A stretch of 64,000 nucleotides of DNA from a virus: positions 46,777 through 110,776 of the IMG/VR virus record IMGVR_UViG_3300033143_005193. One strand, written 5' to 3'. The notes under the pieces are model-generated. The model did not search any database. It saw only the letters and a program-made list of their open reading frames with translations, and was not told the DNA's origin. Numbering within the stretch: the stretch's first letter is position 1; the number at the start of each line of letters is the position of its first letter. Below are positions 41,816 through 52,339 of the stretch, one piece after another. A program made the translations under genes and the position numbers.

Positions 41816-42706
41816 TTAATAGAGTCTTAAAAGTTTATATTCTAGTTTATTAAAATCATCCATAAAACCGCGCATACCATACTTTTCAAAAAAATAATAC
41901 ATATTTTTTGGGTCTGGAAGAATATATTCATCATATTTGTCTTTTATTGATTTTTGGATTGTTTTTGGTATGCAATTGAAATCAATCAGAATTTTATTTC
42001 TTTTGAAGTTTTCATTTAAATTATTATCAGATAACCATTTCTCATATCCTTCTTTAATTATTTTTTCAGCGGTTTTTGGACCAAGACCGGGTTTTCTTTT
42101 TCCTTCTGTTTGTTTTGTAAGTCCCCAATCTGAAGAAGTTTTGACATTAAAAATATTATCTTTGGATTGACCCATAAGACATTGTTCTAATAAAAACCTT
42201 TTAGGATCATCACATTTTTCAAATGATCTCTTATTAGGATTCCATAATTTTACCTTATCTGAACATAATTGTAAATAGTCACGATCATTAGAATTTATAA
42301 TGATATAATCATTATCTATATATCGTGATAAAACGGCTATAATATCATCAGCTTCAGCTTTCTTTACTTTAAGAACTTTTAAAGGCAGGTATTCTGAAAT
42401 TTCAGTTCTTAAAACATCCATTTCATAAAAAAAAGTATCCCAATCAATTTCTACTTGTTTTGATCTATTAGTTAATCTATTTTCTTTATATCTTTTATAA
42501 AAAATTTTACGCCAAGAATCTTTACTATCAACAGCAACAATTATTTCATTTACTGTATTATCTTTATTTAAAGGTTCCAATAAAGAAGTGGTCACCAAAT
42601 ATCGCCACATAGCATATTCTGGTAAACCACTTGCAGCATTTACATCACCTGTAAAAAAACAACGAAAGCATAAATTATTATAATCGAACAAAACAGTTTT
42701 AGACAT
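41816..42706 (-). CDS. rnh: T4-like RNase H / 5'-3' exonuclease
   Basis: SWRK..Y..YK-NR, EADDIIA, DRDYLQL, KDNI, GLGPKT. Confidence 0.85.
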   Translation of the reverse strand: MSKTVLFDYNNLCFRCFFTGDVNAASGLPEYAMWRYLVTTSLLEPLNKDNTVNEIIVAVDSKDSWRKIFYKRYKENRLTNRSKQVEIDWDTFFYEMDVLRTEISEYLPLKVLKVKKAEADDIIAVLSRYIDNDYIIINSNDRDYLQLCSDKVKLWNPNKRSFEKCDDPKRFLLEQCLMGQSKDNIFNVKTSSDWGLTKQTEGKRKPGLGPKTAEKIIKEGYEKWLSDNNLNENFKRNKILIDFNCIPKTIQKSIKDKYDEYILPDPKNMYYFFEKYGMRGFMDDFNKLEYKLLRLY

Positions 42707-42722
42707 TATAAAAAATCCTTTC

Positions 42723-43016
42723 TTATTTTACTTTTCTTAATTCACCAGATTTTACATGTTGAATCCAAAATGGCTTATTATATCTTGTTTTTGCCATATA
42801 TTGTTGAACTTTACTACCTGATGTAAAACGAAGTCTTCTTCTTCCAAAATTAAAATTTTGATAAAAATCCTTATCATCTACATTGAAAACAGGTAACCCC
42901 ATTTTTACACCATCTGCTTTAACATCAGGAACGTCCGTATCAAACTCAACTTGTTTAACTTCATGATCCTTTTCTATACTTGTTTTACTTTCAATATCAC
43001 CTACAAAATCACCCAT
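42723..43016 (-). CDS. Hypothetical protein
   Basis: ORF with GGAG RBS. Confidence 0.55.
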   Translation of the reverse strand: MGDFVGDIESKTSIEKDHEVKQVEFDTDVPDVKADGVKMGLPVFNVDDKDFYQNFNFGRRRLRFTSGSKVQQYMAKTRYNKPFWIQHVKSGELRKVK

Positions 43017-43020
43017 AAAA

Positions 43021-43296
43021 TCACTCCTTTTCTTCACTATCTTTTTTAATTTCAATCACACCTTTAAAAGCCAAATCTGTTAAACTTTTTCTAATTTTCT
43101 TATAATTTAATCTTTCATTGGCGTTCATAGAAAAATATTTCATCATAAGAAAAGATTTAACACCTTTTAAATCAAAAATTTCAATAATTTCTTTAAAATC
43201 ATCACTTAAATTTAATTCATCTTTATGTAAGAGACAATCTAATAAATAAGATATTATTAAATTCGAAAACTCTTCTGGTGTTAAATTAACTTTCAT
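43021..43296 (-). CDS. Hypothetical protein
   Basis: 91 aa coupled ORF. Confidence 0.5.
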   Translation of the reverse strand: MKVNLTPEEFSNLIISYLLDCLLHKDELNLSDDFKEIIEIFDLKGVKSFLMMKYFSMNANERLNYKKIRKSLTDLAFKGVIEIKKDSEEKE

Positions 43297-43851
43297 TTAT
43301 TTTACCTTTATTTTATTTAACTTCTTAATAGTGTTTATATTTATAACTTCGAAAAATTTTTTCATATTAAAAAAAACTATTGTATCCAAATTATCTTGTT
43401 TATCAAACTTTATAAACATTGTTGGTATATCAGAAATTTCTGGTGATATTTTTTTAATATAAGAGTAACATTTTTCATTTATTCCAACTATTTCAGTTTT
43501 ATTCTTTTTACGATATATAAGCATTGGAAATTTATTAGACTTTAATGCATCATTACAACATTGTGACCAAAAATCCTTTATATTAAAATTTTTAACATTA
43601 GTAAAATGTTGCCAAAATGAAGTTTTAGGATATCCTATTTTACATTCTACACTAAAAACATCTGTAAAAACAGTAGCTTCTTTTGTTATAGCTCTTATAT
43701 CACCAGATAAATCCATACATTCTTCATGAATTGTACTTAAAGATCCACTTCCTGGCATTCTCCAAAAACAGAACGGTTTTTCTTTTCCAGTTAACCACTT
43801 TGTTAAAAATTTTGATACATATCTTTCAAAAGGGCCACCTTTACTACTCAT
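43297..43851 (-). CDS. Holliday junction resolvase-like PD-(D/E)xK nuclease
   Basis: KG..FER, SGS, GDI, VECK. Confidence 0.7.
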   Translation of the reverse strand: MSSKGGPFERYVSKFLTKWLTGKEKPFCFWRMPGSGSLSTIHEECMDLSGDIRAITKEATVFTDVFSVECKIGYPKTSFWQHFTNVKNFNIKDFWSQCCNDALKSNKFPMLIYRKKNKTEIVGINEKCYSYIKKISPEISDIPTMFIKFDKQDNLDTIVFFNMKKFFEVININTIKKLNKIKVK

Positions 43852-43855
43852 ATGA

Positions 43856-44206
43856 TTATAGATCCTTCATATTATTTATTTCATTATTAACATAATTCCA
43901 GTCACCATCAAATTTTATCGCTCTATCATCTATATATGCTTCAGCAATAGGTTTTTTACCAGTTATTTTATCAAAATAAATATCATGTTTTTTCAACCAA
44001 TTATACATTTGATTTACAACTTCATGTGGTTCTAAATATCCATCATTTATTCTGGCTGATGATATAATTATATAATAATCTTTCTTTAAATTATTTATAA
44101 AATCTCTAACACCTTCAACTGGTTCATCATATATTTCACCATTACACCAACCTTTAGAATATTTATGTATGACACCATCAAAATCAAAACAAATAGCTTT
44201 CTTCAT
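43856..44206 (-). CDS. HAD-superfamily phosphatase
   Basis: CFDFDGVI, SSAR, KP, YIDDRA. Confidence 0.8.
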   Translation of the reverse strand: MKKAICFDFDGVIHKYSKGWCNGEIYDEPVEGVRDFINNLKKDYYIIISSARINDGYLEPHEVVNQMYNWLKKHDIYFDKITGKKPIAEAYIDDRAIKFDGDWNYVNNEINNMKDL

Positions 44207-44238
44207 ATTTATATAATCCTCGCCAATATTTTTATTTA

Positions 44239-44267
44239 ATTATAACACTTTTTTAGTATTATGTAAA
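44239..44267 (-). promoter_or_regulatory. Sigma70-like promoter
   Basis: TTTACA-N17-TATAAT. Confidence 0.6.
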
Positions 44268-44268
44268 T

Positions 44269-44304
44269 AAAAAAAATCCCCAGCGAAAAAAATTCACTGG
44301 GGAT
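44269..44304 (-). terminator. Rho-independent terminator after Hsp20
   Basis: ATCCCCAGTGAA/TTCGCTGGGGAT hairpin followed by T run. Confidence 0.75.
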
Positions 44305-44326
44305 CTCAATTACTTATAATATTTTA

Positions 44327-44695
44327 TTATTCAATTTCTATTTTTGTACCTCTTTTTTCATTTTTATCAAGAACAATAGACAATACACCATTCTTCAAAG
44401 AAGCACTAGTACAAACATGTTCATTTATATTTAGTCTTTCTTTAATTTTTACTGTTTTTCCGTTATTCCTTTTAATTTCACCACTAATCATCAAAGATGG
44501 GCCAATAGTTTCAATATTAATATCTTCTTTAGTAAACCCAGGCACATCTAATTCATAAACATATTGCCCATCATCATTTTCATATACATTATAAGATGGA
44601 TATTTTTTCAAAAATTTATCAGCGATACTATTAAAACCAGTATCCAAATCATTGAAAAAATCATTAAACAAATCGACAACAGGATAATACGACAT
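44327..44695 (-). CDS. Small heat-shock protein (Hsp20)
   Basis: PSYNV, DVPGFTKEDI, ASLKNGVL. Confidence 0.88.
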   Translation of the reverse strand: MSYYPVVDLFNDFFNDLDTGFNSIADKFLKKYPSYNVYENDDGQYVYELDVPGFTKEDINIETIGPSLMISGEIKRNNGKTVKIKERLNINEHVCTSASLKNGVLSIVLDKNEKRGTKIEIE

Positions 44696-44766
44696 TAATA
44701 ATACCTCCTTTGTTTAAAATTTGTTTTTTGATAAAAAGATAACCTCTGATGTTTAAAAGTCAAGTC

Positions 44767-45741
44767 TTAAAGATCCTCAAGTTCTTTCAACAGATCCTCT
44801 TCACTGTAATCATCTTCATCTGTTTCGTGGTTTTCATCATTTTCCTTTACATTCACTTTTTCTGTAGTTTCGTGATTTTCATCATCATTATCTTCCATAA
44901 AAACGTCTTCTTCAATATCATCGTCATTTTTCGATGTTAAACCAGATCCTTTATGTACTCTCCATTCATCTTCAACCAATTCCCAAACCATAGCATCTTT
45001 CAACGTCTTTTTAATAATAGCATCATCTTTATCAAAAGATTTCAAATAATCATTAAGATTAATAGTTTGTTCCATAATCTTTTCGATTTCTTTTTCTGTT
45101 CCAAGTGGTTCGGGTTTTCTTGAAAATTTTGAAGAAGAATAATCCGGCCAAACTTTATTATTTTCATCCTTTTTAGTAGCATAAACCTTCAAAATAAAAT
45201 TATACCCATCCTTACCTGGATCAAAAATAGCATATCCAATACCATCATTTCTATCAATTATTTCTTCTTTAATAAGTTTCTCAACTTTTTCAGGAAATTC
45301 ATAAATTCTTACAGTTTTAGAAACTTTATTTTCATCATCTTTATCAACATCTCTTGGATCATCTATGATATAAAAATTTGCAGCAAATTTCGTTTTTCTC
45401 TTAAAATCATAAGCCATTCTCTTTTCAGCTTGAGTTCCTTGATAAAGTTTAGAAGCAACGGAACAAAAAGGACAGAAATTTTTAAAATCATCCGTTTTAG
45501 AACATTTAAAAAACGCCCAAGATTCACCGATTTTAAACATATGATAGAAATACTTCACATAAAAATTACTTTCGTTATCAGGCAAAAATCTACCAACATA
45601 AGTTTTTGGATTTTCTACTGTTCCCTTTTCAGGTCGCCAAATAGGTAAACGAGTAAAATCATTTGATTTTTGTGTATCCTTTTCCTCAATTTTTTGTTCT
45701 TGAAACATCTTAAATTTATCAACATTTATCCATTTAGACAT
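44767..45741 (-). CDS. gp32: Single-stranded DNA-binding protein (gp32-like)
   Basis: RFLP, CPFC, DP..GYNF.LK, PDYSSSKF, acidic tail. Confidence 0.85.
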   Translation of the reverse strand: MSKWINVDKFKMFQEQKIEEKDTQKSNDFTRLPIWRPEKGTVENPKTYVGRFLPDNESNFYVKYFYHMFKIGESWAFFKCSKTDDFKNFCPFCSVASKLYQGTQAEKRMAYDFKRKTKFAANFYIIDDPRDVDKDDENKVSKTVRIYEFPEKVEKLIKEEIIDRNDGIGYAIFDPGKDGYNFILKVYATKKDENNKVWPDYSSSKFSRKPEPLGTEKEIEKIMEQTINLNDYLKSFDKDDAIIKKTLKDAMVWELVEDEWRVHKGSGLTSKNDDDIEEDVFMEDNDDENHETTEKVNVKENDENHETDEDDYSEEDLLKELEDL

Positions 45742-45742
45742 A

Positions 45743-45886
45743 TTATTCATTCTCCTTTCTTTCAATATACTCCTTAAGCAATTTAACAATAGCATATTGT
45801 ATCAACATATTTTTTTCTTCTTCTGTCATTTCCAATGTTAATGTAGAAGTACCATCATCATTTTCAATAACATCTAAAACTTCCAT
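45743..45886 (-). CDS. Small hypothetical protein (47 aa; not in ORF track)
   Basis: MEVLDVIENDDGTSTLTLEMTEEEK..., AAGGA RBS. Confidence 0.5.
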   Translation of the reverse strand: MEVLDVIENDDGTSTLTLEMTEEEKNMLIQYAIVKLLKEYIERKENE

Positions 45887-45926
45887 AATATTTTCCTTTC
45901 TTTTTAGATTTTATCATAACATTATC

Positions 45927-46112
45927 TTAAAATAATGTAAATTCATTCAATCTTTTATCTCCCTTTTCTTTTTCATTTAATGTATCATTTATCCAAAGCT
46001 TTTTACCTTCCGGCACATCATTTTTCAAAATTTCACCATCTTTTTTACTATCAAGAAGATCACCACTTTTTTCTTTATCTTTTATTATTTTACCTTTATG
46101 TTCTATTGACAT
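45927..46112 (-). CDS. Hypothetical protein
   Basis: 61 aa, GGAGG RBS. Confidence 0.5.
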   Translation of the reverse strand: MSIEHKGKIIKDKEKSGDLLDSKKDGEILKNDVPEGKKLWINDTLNEKEKGDKRLNEFTLF

Positions 46113-46815
46113 TTATATAATCTCCTCCAAATGTATGGTTTTCATTTATATAATAATCGTTCATATTTCTATACCCCAAATCTCTAGCTGTAAAATATTC
46201 ATTTATAATTGTTTTATAATTACTAACATTGGTTGTATTATTAACTCTGCTATATTGAATATTAGCGAATGAATCAAAAACATTACCAACCTCTTTTATA
46301 TCAATATCATCCGTACCAAAGAAAACAACAGAAAAATTCTTATTTTTCTTTCTTTCTTTTATCATTTCATTTATTTTTTTAGCACCATCATCACCTATAA
46401 ATTCAACAGAAGCATTTTCATAACCATCTGTCATTATTATCAAAAGCGCTGAATGATTACTGTTTTCATCTTTCAACTCTTTAATGTTATCAAGAATATT
46501 TATACCAACACCAACTGCATCATAAAGAGCTGTAGTACCAGAACATATATACTCATTCAATTCTTCAACATTATTAACATTAATCTCTTTAAAAACAACC
46601 TCAACACGAGAACTAAAATTAATTAAAGTAACATATGTATCTTGTGTTTTTGATTTGTTTTTAAGCTCCTGAATGTTTTCATTAAAATTATTTAATGATT
46701 CTTCAGCAATAGAAGACATAGAACCACTATGATCCAAAATAAAAACAACATGATTAACAATTTTATTTTCATTTTTATCAATTGTATTATCAATTAAATC
46801 ACTAAAAATATCCAT
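46096..46815 (-). CDS. vWA domain protein
   Basis: ILDHSGSM, TALYDA, TDGYENAS. Confidence 0.85.
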   Translation of the reverse strand: MDIFSDLIDNTIDKNENKIVNHVVFILDHSGSMSSIAEESLNNFNENIQELKNKSKTQDTYVTLINFSSRVEVVFKEINVNNVEELNEYICSGTTALYDAVGVGINILDNIKELKDENSNHSALLIIMTDGYENASVEFIGDDGAKKINEMIKERKKNKNFSVVFFGTDDIDIKEVGNVFDSFANIQYSRVNNTTNVSNYKTIINEYFTARDLGYRNMNDYYINENHTFGGDYINVNRT

Positions 46816-47441
46816 TATTTTCCCCCTATTAATCCTTTTTTAGTAAATAAATTTTCAACAAAATCATTTATTTCCTGTAAAATATATACAATATTTCTAT
46901 ATTGTTCTGATATATATGGTATTACAGCCATATCATTATCATTTAATTTTAGATAACCTTTCATTATCAACCAACAAACAGTAAATTTATCTATTTTATC
47001 TTTTATGTATAAATTAATAATTGTATGATTTCCTTTACCATCAATCTTATTACAGAATCCTATTAAAGTTTTTACTTCAATTTTTTTCATATAAAGAGAT
47101 ATAAAAGATACTGATTTTTCTATACGTTTTTTATTTACCTCCATTTCTCTTTTAGCTATATTAGATCTTCTTATATAAAGATTAAGAACCTTTTCATCGA
47201 AAAATTTATTATAACTAAAACTTTTATATATTTCAAAACCACATAAAAAATAATTATATGGATCTATGTTATTCCATTTTGTATTAAAATATCTTGTTAT
47301 TTTTCTCAATGATTCTCTTGTTAAAGAAGTCATTCTTTTATTAAAATGGTTTTCGAAATTTTTCGGCATACGAAAACCAGCTCCTTTATAAGAAGACTGG
47401 GCTTTTCTAAAATAATAGTAGATTTTTTTTACATCATACAT
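46815..47441 (-). CDS. Hypothetical protein (possibly gp59-like helicase loader)
   Basis: 208 aa basic helical protein near gp32; positional inference only. Confidence 0.4.
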   Translation of the reverse strand: MYDVKKIYYYFRKAQSSYKGAGFRMPKNFENHFNKRMTSLTRESLRKITRYFNTKWNNIDPYNYFLCGFEIYKSFSYNKFFDEKVLNLYIRRSNIAKREMEVNKKRIEKSVSFISLYMKKIEVKTLIGFCNKIDGKGNHTIINLYIKDKIDKFTVCWLIMKGYLKLNDNDMAVIPYISEQYRNIVYILQEINDFVENLFTKKGLIGGK

Positions 47442-47496
47442 ATTTCACTCCAAATTTTTTACTCTATATTATTACTTTTTGATTAGAAAGTAAACT

Positions 47497-49716
47497 TTAA
47501 GGTAATTTTTTCCCAAAAAGACTTAAATAACTATTTATATACTTTTTCAAATTATCGTTTTCTTCCCACCATAATTGGTCTTTCACTTTCTGATAATCCT
47601 TTTTCCAAACCCTTGATCTAAGGTCCACATCAGAAGCTAATTCTTCTATTTTAGATATCATATATTCTTCTGTTTCACATTTTATTGTAACATTAGAATA
47701 TGGAACAGCATTTGAATACACACCAGGAATACCACATGCAACATACTCCAATTGTTTTATATTACTATTATGTGAAATTATACCATTTGCCATATAATAT
47801 TGTCCATCAGGTACTTGTATATCATATACATCTTTTACATTATAAGATATTTCAATTATTTCATCATTTAAACACCATTTTTTAAAAGCATTTGAATGCT
47901 TTTTATTACATATGTTTTCTAATTTTTTTATTTTCTCTGCAGATAAAAAATTTATTTCTTTGTAGAAAACATCACAAGCTTCTCTATTAAGAATTAATGT
48001 ATAGTAAAATTTATCATATAATTTATTCTTAACAGTTATAACTTTCGATAATATATTAAACCCTAATAAAATAAATTGAATTTGTTTGGCTAAATTTTCA
48101 TGTTTTGTTGTAAACGAACAATTACTCCTTGATATTATACCATTAGATTCAAATAATCCTCTAATAAATTCTTTAATAACAGATTTTGGTGATTTTAATA
48201 TAACATCTGGTACATTTAAATTTTTACAATTCGCTCCACTAAATCCTATTTTTTTTGATAAAAACCATCTTAAATTTCTGCTATTGAAAACAACATCTAT
48301 TTTTTTTCCATTTTTATAACCATCAGATTCATTTTTTTTAACTTTTTCAACAACAAAAGTTGGTTCATATAAACCAATTTCTCTGGAGAATTTTTTTAAA
48401 TCATCAATAACATCTTTATATTTTGAATTACATGAAATACCAATATCACCACTTCCATTTCCGATATAACCATTACCTAAAATATATCCTATAAATCTAC
48501 CCCATCTTTCATTTATTTTAATTTTAGGTAAAAGATCTTCATTTAACAATTTAGAATCAAAATTATCTAATTTTTTTGTCAAAAATAAAGGAGCAGATAA
48601 ATATTGATAATTATTCTTAAATTCAAAAAATGATATATCAACTTTATCATTAATATTTAAATCAGATAAACATTTAAATTCATTATTACTTCTTATACGA
48701 TGGTTAAACGTTCCTTCTAACTTAAAACCTAATTTTGTTTTTATTTTAATAGTTTTTTTATTGTTATATTTTACTATTTGACTAACCTTTTTATAATCAT
48801 TTTCTTGCCATATATAATCACCTATTTGTATATCTTTTATTTCTTTTATACCATTTATTGTAACAATATTTGTATCGCCAGCCAAGCATTTACAATCATT
48901 AAAATCACATTTAAGCAAAGGAGCAATACCAATATCAGCATCAATATCTTTTAATGTTTTTGGATATTGAAATATTTTAACCCAAGGATAAACCTTTATT
49001 TTATCCTTATAATCTAATAATTCATAAGGAAACGCGCCTAATAAACACCAATCATATTTATCTGTTGTTTTGATAATAAATTCAATAAGTTTCTTTCCAA
49101 AATCACCACCACTTTTATTATTTTGAGAAAAATGATTTTGTGATCCAGCCCATAAAATTCTTGGCTTTTTTTCTCTAGGTTCATTAAGATGTTTTGGATA
49201 AATTTCACCCCAAACAAATTTAGATAGGTGGTTTGGAACTACTGCTATCTTTTTGTTATATTTTGATAAATGATTTTTTAATGGTAAAGTAGAAACAACA
49301 ATAGCATCTGATAATTCTAAAAGTCTTTTTATATTATCACTGTTTTCTTTATAATATTTACTCGCATAATTCCATTCTGGAATATCGAACAACAAATCAT
49401 CTACTTCATATATTATTGGTATTTTTACATATTTTCTAACTTCTCTTATTATATGATTATACAATGAAAGGTGATATTTTTCAGCAGCCCTTTGAAACTG
49501 AACAAAGGTAAAATTTTTATAAAACAATGGATCATAAACAAAATTACTTAAATATGTTCCACCAGCGGTGACCCTATCTTTATAAGAAAAATGATTTAAT
49601 AGAAGATAAGGATATATAACCCTTATTGTACCACATCCTTGAATATCACCCAAATAACCTAAAAAATTAATTTTTGCCGGTAAATCAATAATCTTTAACT
49701 TTTTTGTTTTCTTCAT
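47497..49716 (-). CDS. GT-B glycosyltransferase with intein; ~365 aa after splicing
   Basis: YEVDD, WAGS..H, DIGIAPL..FN..K|SNIK.LEY..CGIP. Confidence 0.85.
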   Translation of the reverse strand: MKKTKKLKIIDLPAKINFLGYLGDIQGCGTIRVIYPYLLLNHFSYKDRVTAGGTYLSNFVYDPLFYKNFTFVQFQRAAEKYHLSLYNHIIREVRKYVKIPIIYEVDDLLFDIPEWNYASKYYKENSDNIKRLLELSDAIVVSTLPLKNHLSKYNKKIAVVPNHLSKFVWGEIYPKHLNEPREKKPRILWAGSQNHFSQNNKSGGDFGKKLIEFIIKTTDKYDWCLLGAFPYELLDYKDKIKVYPWVKIFQYPKTLKDIDADIGIAPLLKCDFNDCKCLAGDTNIVTINGIKEIKDIQIGDYIWQENDYKKVSQIVKYNNKKTIKIKTKLGFKLEGTFNHRIRSNNEFKCLSDLNINDKVDISFFEFKNNYQYLSAPLFLTKKLDNFDSKLLNEDLLPKIKINERWGRFIGYILGNGYIGNGSGDIGISCNSKYKDVIDDLKKFSREIGLYEPTFVVEKVKKNESDGYKNGKKIDVVFNSRNLRWFLSKKIGFSGANCKNLNVPDVILKSPKSVIKEFIRGLFESNGIISRSNCSFTTKHENLAKQIQFILLGFNILSKVITVKNKLYDKFYYTLILNREACDVFYKEINFLSAEKIKKLENICNKKHSNAFKKWCLNDEIIEISYNVKDVYDIQVPDGQYYMANGIISHNSNIKQLEYVACGIPGVYSNAVPYSNVTIKCETEEYMISKIEELASDVDLRSRVWKKDYQKVKDQLWWEENDNLKKYINSYLSLFGKKLP
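47767..48888 (-). mobile_element. Intein with LAGLIDADG-like domain in glycosyltransferase (374 aa)
   Basis: CLAGDT...TFNH...FIGYILGNG...FIRGLFESNG...IISHN|S. Confidence 0.9.
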
Positions 49717-49737
49717 TTAAACAAATTGCCTCATATT

Positions 49738-50238
49738 TTATTTTACAGATTCAGATATAATATCTTCTATACCAATACTTTTCATTTTTTCTTGCAAAAA
49801 TTGCGAAATAGTTGGTTGATATGGCATTCTTTTTGGATACATTTTAATTTCACTTGGAAGTTTATCGCCCTTTTTATTATTACATGGCTTACAAGAAGTT
49901 ACACAATTTTCGAAGATTGATTTACCACCACGAGATTTTGGCACCAAGTGATCTATTGTAAGCCTCACATTAGTAGCACCACAATAAACACATTTAAATC
50001 CATCACGAATCATAACATTTTTCTTACTAAAAGGAACCTTCGTTTTGAACAGTGTTCTAATAAATTTAATAAGTCTCAAAACAATAGGCACACGAATAGC
50101 TTTATTAATTGTTCTAACTACCTTTTCTTGGTATTTAACAACTTCAGCTTTTCCTTTTGCAAGAATACACATAGCCTTTTTCCAGCTAACGATGTTTAAG
50201 AAAGAATAATCCGCGTTTAAAACTATAACCCTATCCAT
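49738..50238 (-). CDS. HNH endonuclease
   Basis: RDGFKCVYCG, TIDHLVPKSRGG, CKPCNNKKG. Confidence 0.9.
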   Translation of the reverse strand: MDRVIVLNADYSFLNIVSWKKAMCILAKGKAEVVKYQEKVVRTINKAIRVPIVLRLIKFIRTLFKTKVPFSKKNVMIRDGFKCVYCGATNVRLTIDHLVPKSRGGKSIFENCVTSCKPCNNKKGDKLPSEIKMYPKRMPYQPTISQFLQEKMKSIGIEDIISESVK

Positions 50239-50253
50239 TTTTTAAAACCTTCC

Positions 50254-50502
50254 TTATTGTTTTTTAATTCCTTTTGCTAAAATTTTAGCAATACTTTCTG
50301 TATCTTTTAATTTATTTAACATTATTCTATAATCTTTTTCACAATCTTCTTTTGTATATACTTCATTATATCCTCTTACATTTAATGTTACTTCTTTTAT
50401 ACCTCTTTCACAAAAAATACAAACATGCTCATTAAGATCTTTATTTTTTAAAATAGATAAATTTGGTGGAAAAAAACCACCGCAAGTTACACATTTAGGC
50501 AT
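50254..50502 (-). CDS. Small zinc-binding hypothetical protein
   Basis: CVTC...CIFC. Confidence 0.55.
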   Translation of the reverse strand: MPKCVTCGGFFPPNLSILKNKDLNEHVCIFCERGIKEVTLNVRGYNEVYTKEDCEKDYRIMLNKLKDTESIAKILAKGIKKQ

Positions 50503-50505
50503 CTT

Positions 50506-52323
50506 TTAATCATCTCCCATTTTTTTATTTAACTCATCGTAACTTATAATATTAATATTATATTCTCTTGCTTTTTTCATTTTTCCAGTATTTGAATTCA
50601 TATCATTTGTAACCAAAAAATCCAAATCTTTTGTTACACTATTTAAAACAAAACCACCATTTCTTTTAATTCTCTCTATCAATTCTTTTCTGTTAACATT
50701 TGATTTTCCTGTAAGACAAAACTTCAACCCATTAAGATTACCGGTTTCTTTAATAAATTTCATTCCAATGGATTTTAAATATTTCCATATTTCATAACAT
50801 TCTATTCTACTAGCTAGAATTTTATCCGCCAATAACTCACCTATTCCATCTATATCCAACAACTCATCTTTAGTTATATCAAAAAATCTATCAAAATTTT
50901 CATCAAGCTCAAAATTATCAGATATAGATTTTGACATAATAGAACCAATACCAGGAAGCTGAAAAGCAGTAATAAGCCTGTCTGGTGTTGTTTTTAACGT
51001 TTTTTTAATTTCATTTAAAATAACATCAGATTTCTTTTTACCAAAACCCTGTATTCCCAAAATATATTTATCATCGATTTCATACAATTTTTTTATACTA
51101 TCTATATTCAACCTACGAATTGTACTTAAATCAATGTTTTCGCTACCTAATGATCTCAGAAAATATGAGATTCTTTTATAAACCATACTATTACATTTGT
51201 CATTTGTACATATTAAATCAACACCTTGAAACATTAATGGAGAATTACAAGATGGACATGGTGGTATAGAAAAACTATCATCTGATTTTTTAACCACATC
51301 TACAATATATGGAATGACATCACCAGAACGGGTTACTTTTACAACAGAACCTCTTCCTATATTATTATTCATTATATATTCAGCATTAAACCCAGTAGTT
51401 TTTGATATTGTAACGCCTTGTATTTCTACTGGTTCTATGTTCACAACAGGAATAACTCTTCCGGTTCTTGAAGTACTCCAAATAACGTTTTTAACTACAC
51501 ATTCAATACCTTCTTCGTTTACTTTAAATGCTACTTTATTTTTCGGAAACGAAACATTTTCTCTTTCATAAATCAATGGTGAAATTACCAAACCATCTAT
51601 ATCATAAAAATCCTTATATTTATTCTTATAATAAGATAACATTTCTACAAGTTTTTCAACTTTATCTTTTTCTGGATCAAAAATAAAATAATTAACTATA
51701 TCAAAACCAATTCTTCTAAGAAATTTAAGTTTTTCAACTTCATTATCAAAAAGTTCTTCACTATCTATAATTTCATAAAAATAAGGAACAATATATTTCA
51801 AATCACTATTTACCAGATCACGATTTAATAAACCAGCAACACCGTTCCGTCTGTTCTTAAAACCAAGAACCTTATAACTATCACCTAACATCATGGCTTC
51901 GGCTCTTAAATGAAGAAAACCTTTATATTTTATTTTTGGACAAAAAATCTTTGCCTTTTCTGTTACATCTTCACCATAAAAACCATCACCGCGCTTTGCA
52001 GCAAAAGATACTTCTCCATCAATATACTCAACATAAAGACTTATACTATCAAGTTTTTCAGTACAAATAACAGGACCATTGATCTTCTCTAACCAATCTT
52101 TTACTGTATCAATTTTTACTTTATTTAATGATCCTATTACATAAGGTAAACCAACTTTTTCATTTTTAACCGAATATCCAACTTCTTTAAAATAAGGATG
52201 ATCTGGATAAAGTTTTCTCGCCTTTTCTTTTATTTCATCATATTTTTCATCACTTATAGATGAATCACCTTCTATATAATATTTTCTATCAAATTCTTTT
52301 AGTTTTTCTATTATACTATTCAT
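50506..52323 (-). CDS. ligA: NAD-dependent DNA ligase
   Basis: EKLDSIS, RGDG..GEDVT, DGLVI, RSGDVIP, Zn finger, HhH, BRCT. Confidence 0.9.
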   Translation of the reverse strand: MNSIIEKLKEFDRKYYIEGDSSISDEKYDEIKEKARKLYPDHPYFKEVGYSVKNEKVGLPYVIGSLNKVKIDTVKDWLEKINGPVICTEKLDSISLYVEYIDGEVSFAAKRGDGFYGEDVTEKAKIFCPKIKYKGFLHLRAEAMMLGDSYKVLGFKNRRNGVAGLLNRDLVNSDLKYIVPYFYEIIDSEELFDNEVEKLKFLRRIGFDIVNYFIFDPEKDKVEKLVEMLSYYKNKYKDFYDIDGLVISPLIYERENVSFPKNKVAFKVNEEGIECVVKNVIWSTSRTGRVIPVVNIEPVEIQGVTISKTTGFNAEYIMNNNIGRGSVVKVTRSGDVIPYIVDVVKKSDDSFSIPPCPSCNSPLMFQGVDLICTNDKCNSMVYKRISYFLRSLGSENIDLSTIRRLNIDSIKKLYEIDDKYILGIQGFGKKKSDVILNEIKKTLKTTPDRLITAFQLPGIGSIMSKSISDNFELDENFDRFFDITKDELLDIDGIGELLADKILASRIECYEIWKYLKSIGMKFIKETGNLNGLKFCLTGKSNVNRKELIERIKRNGGFVLNSVTKDLDFLVTNDMNSNTGKMKKAREYNINIISYDELNKKMGDD

Positions 52324-52339
52324 TTATATCACCATGATT

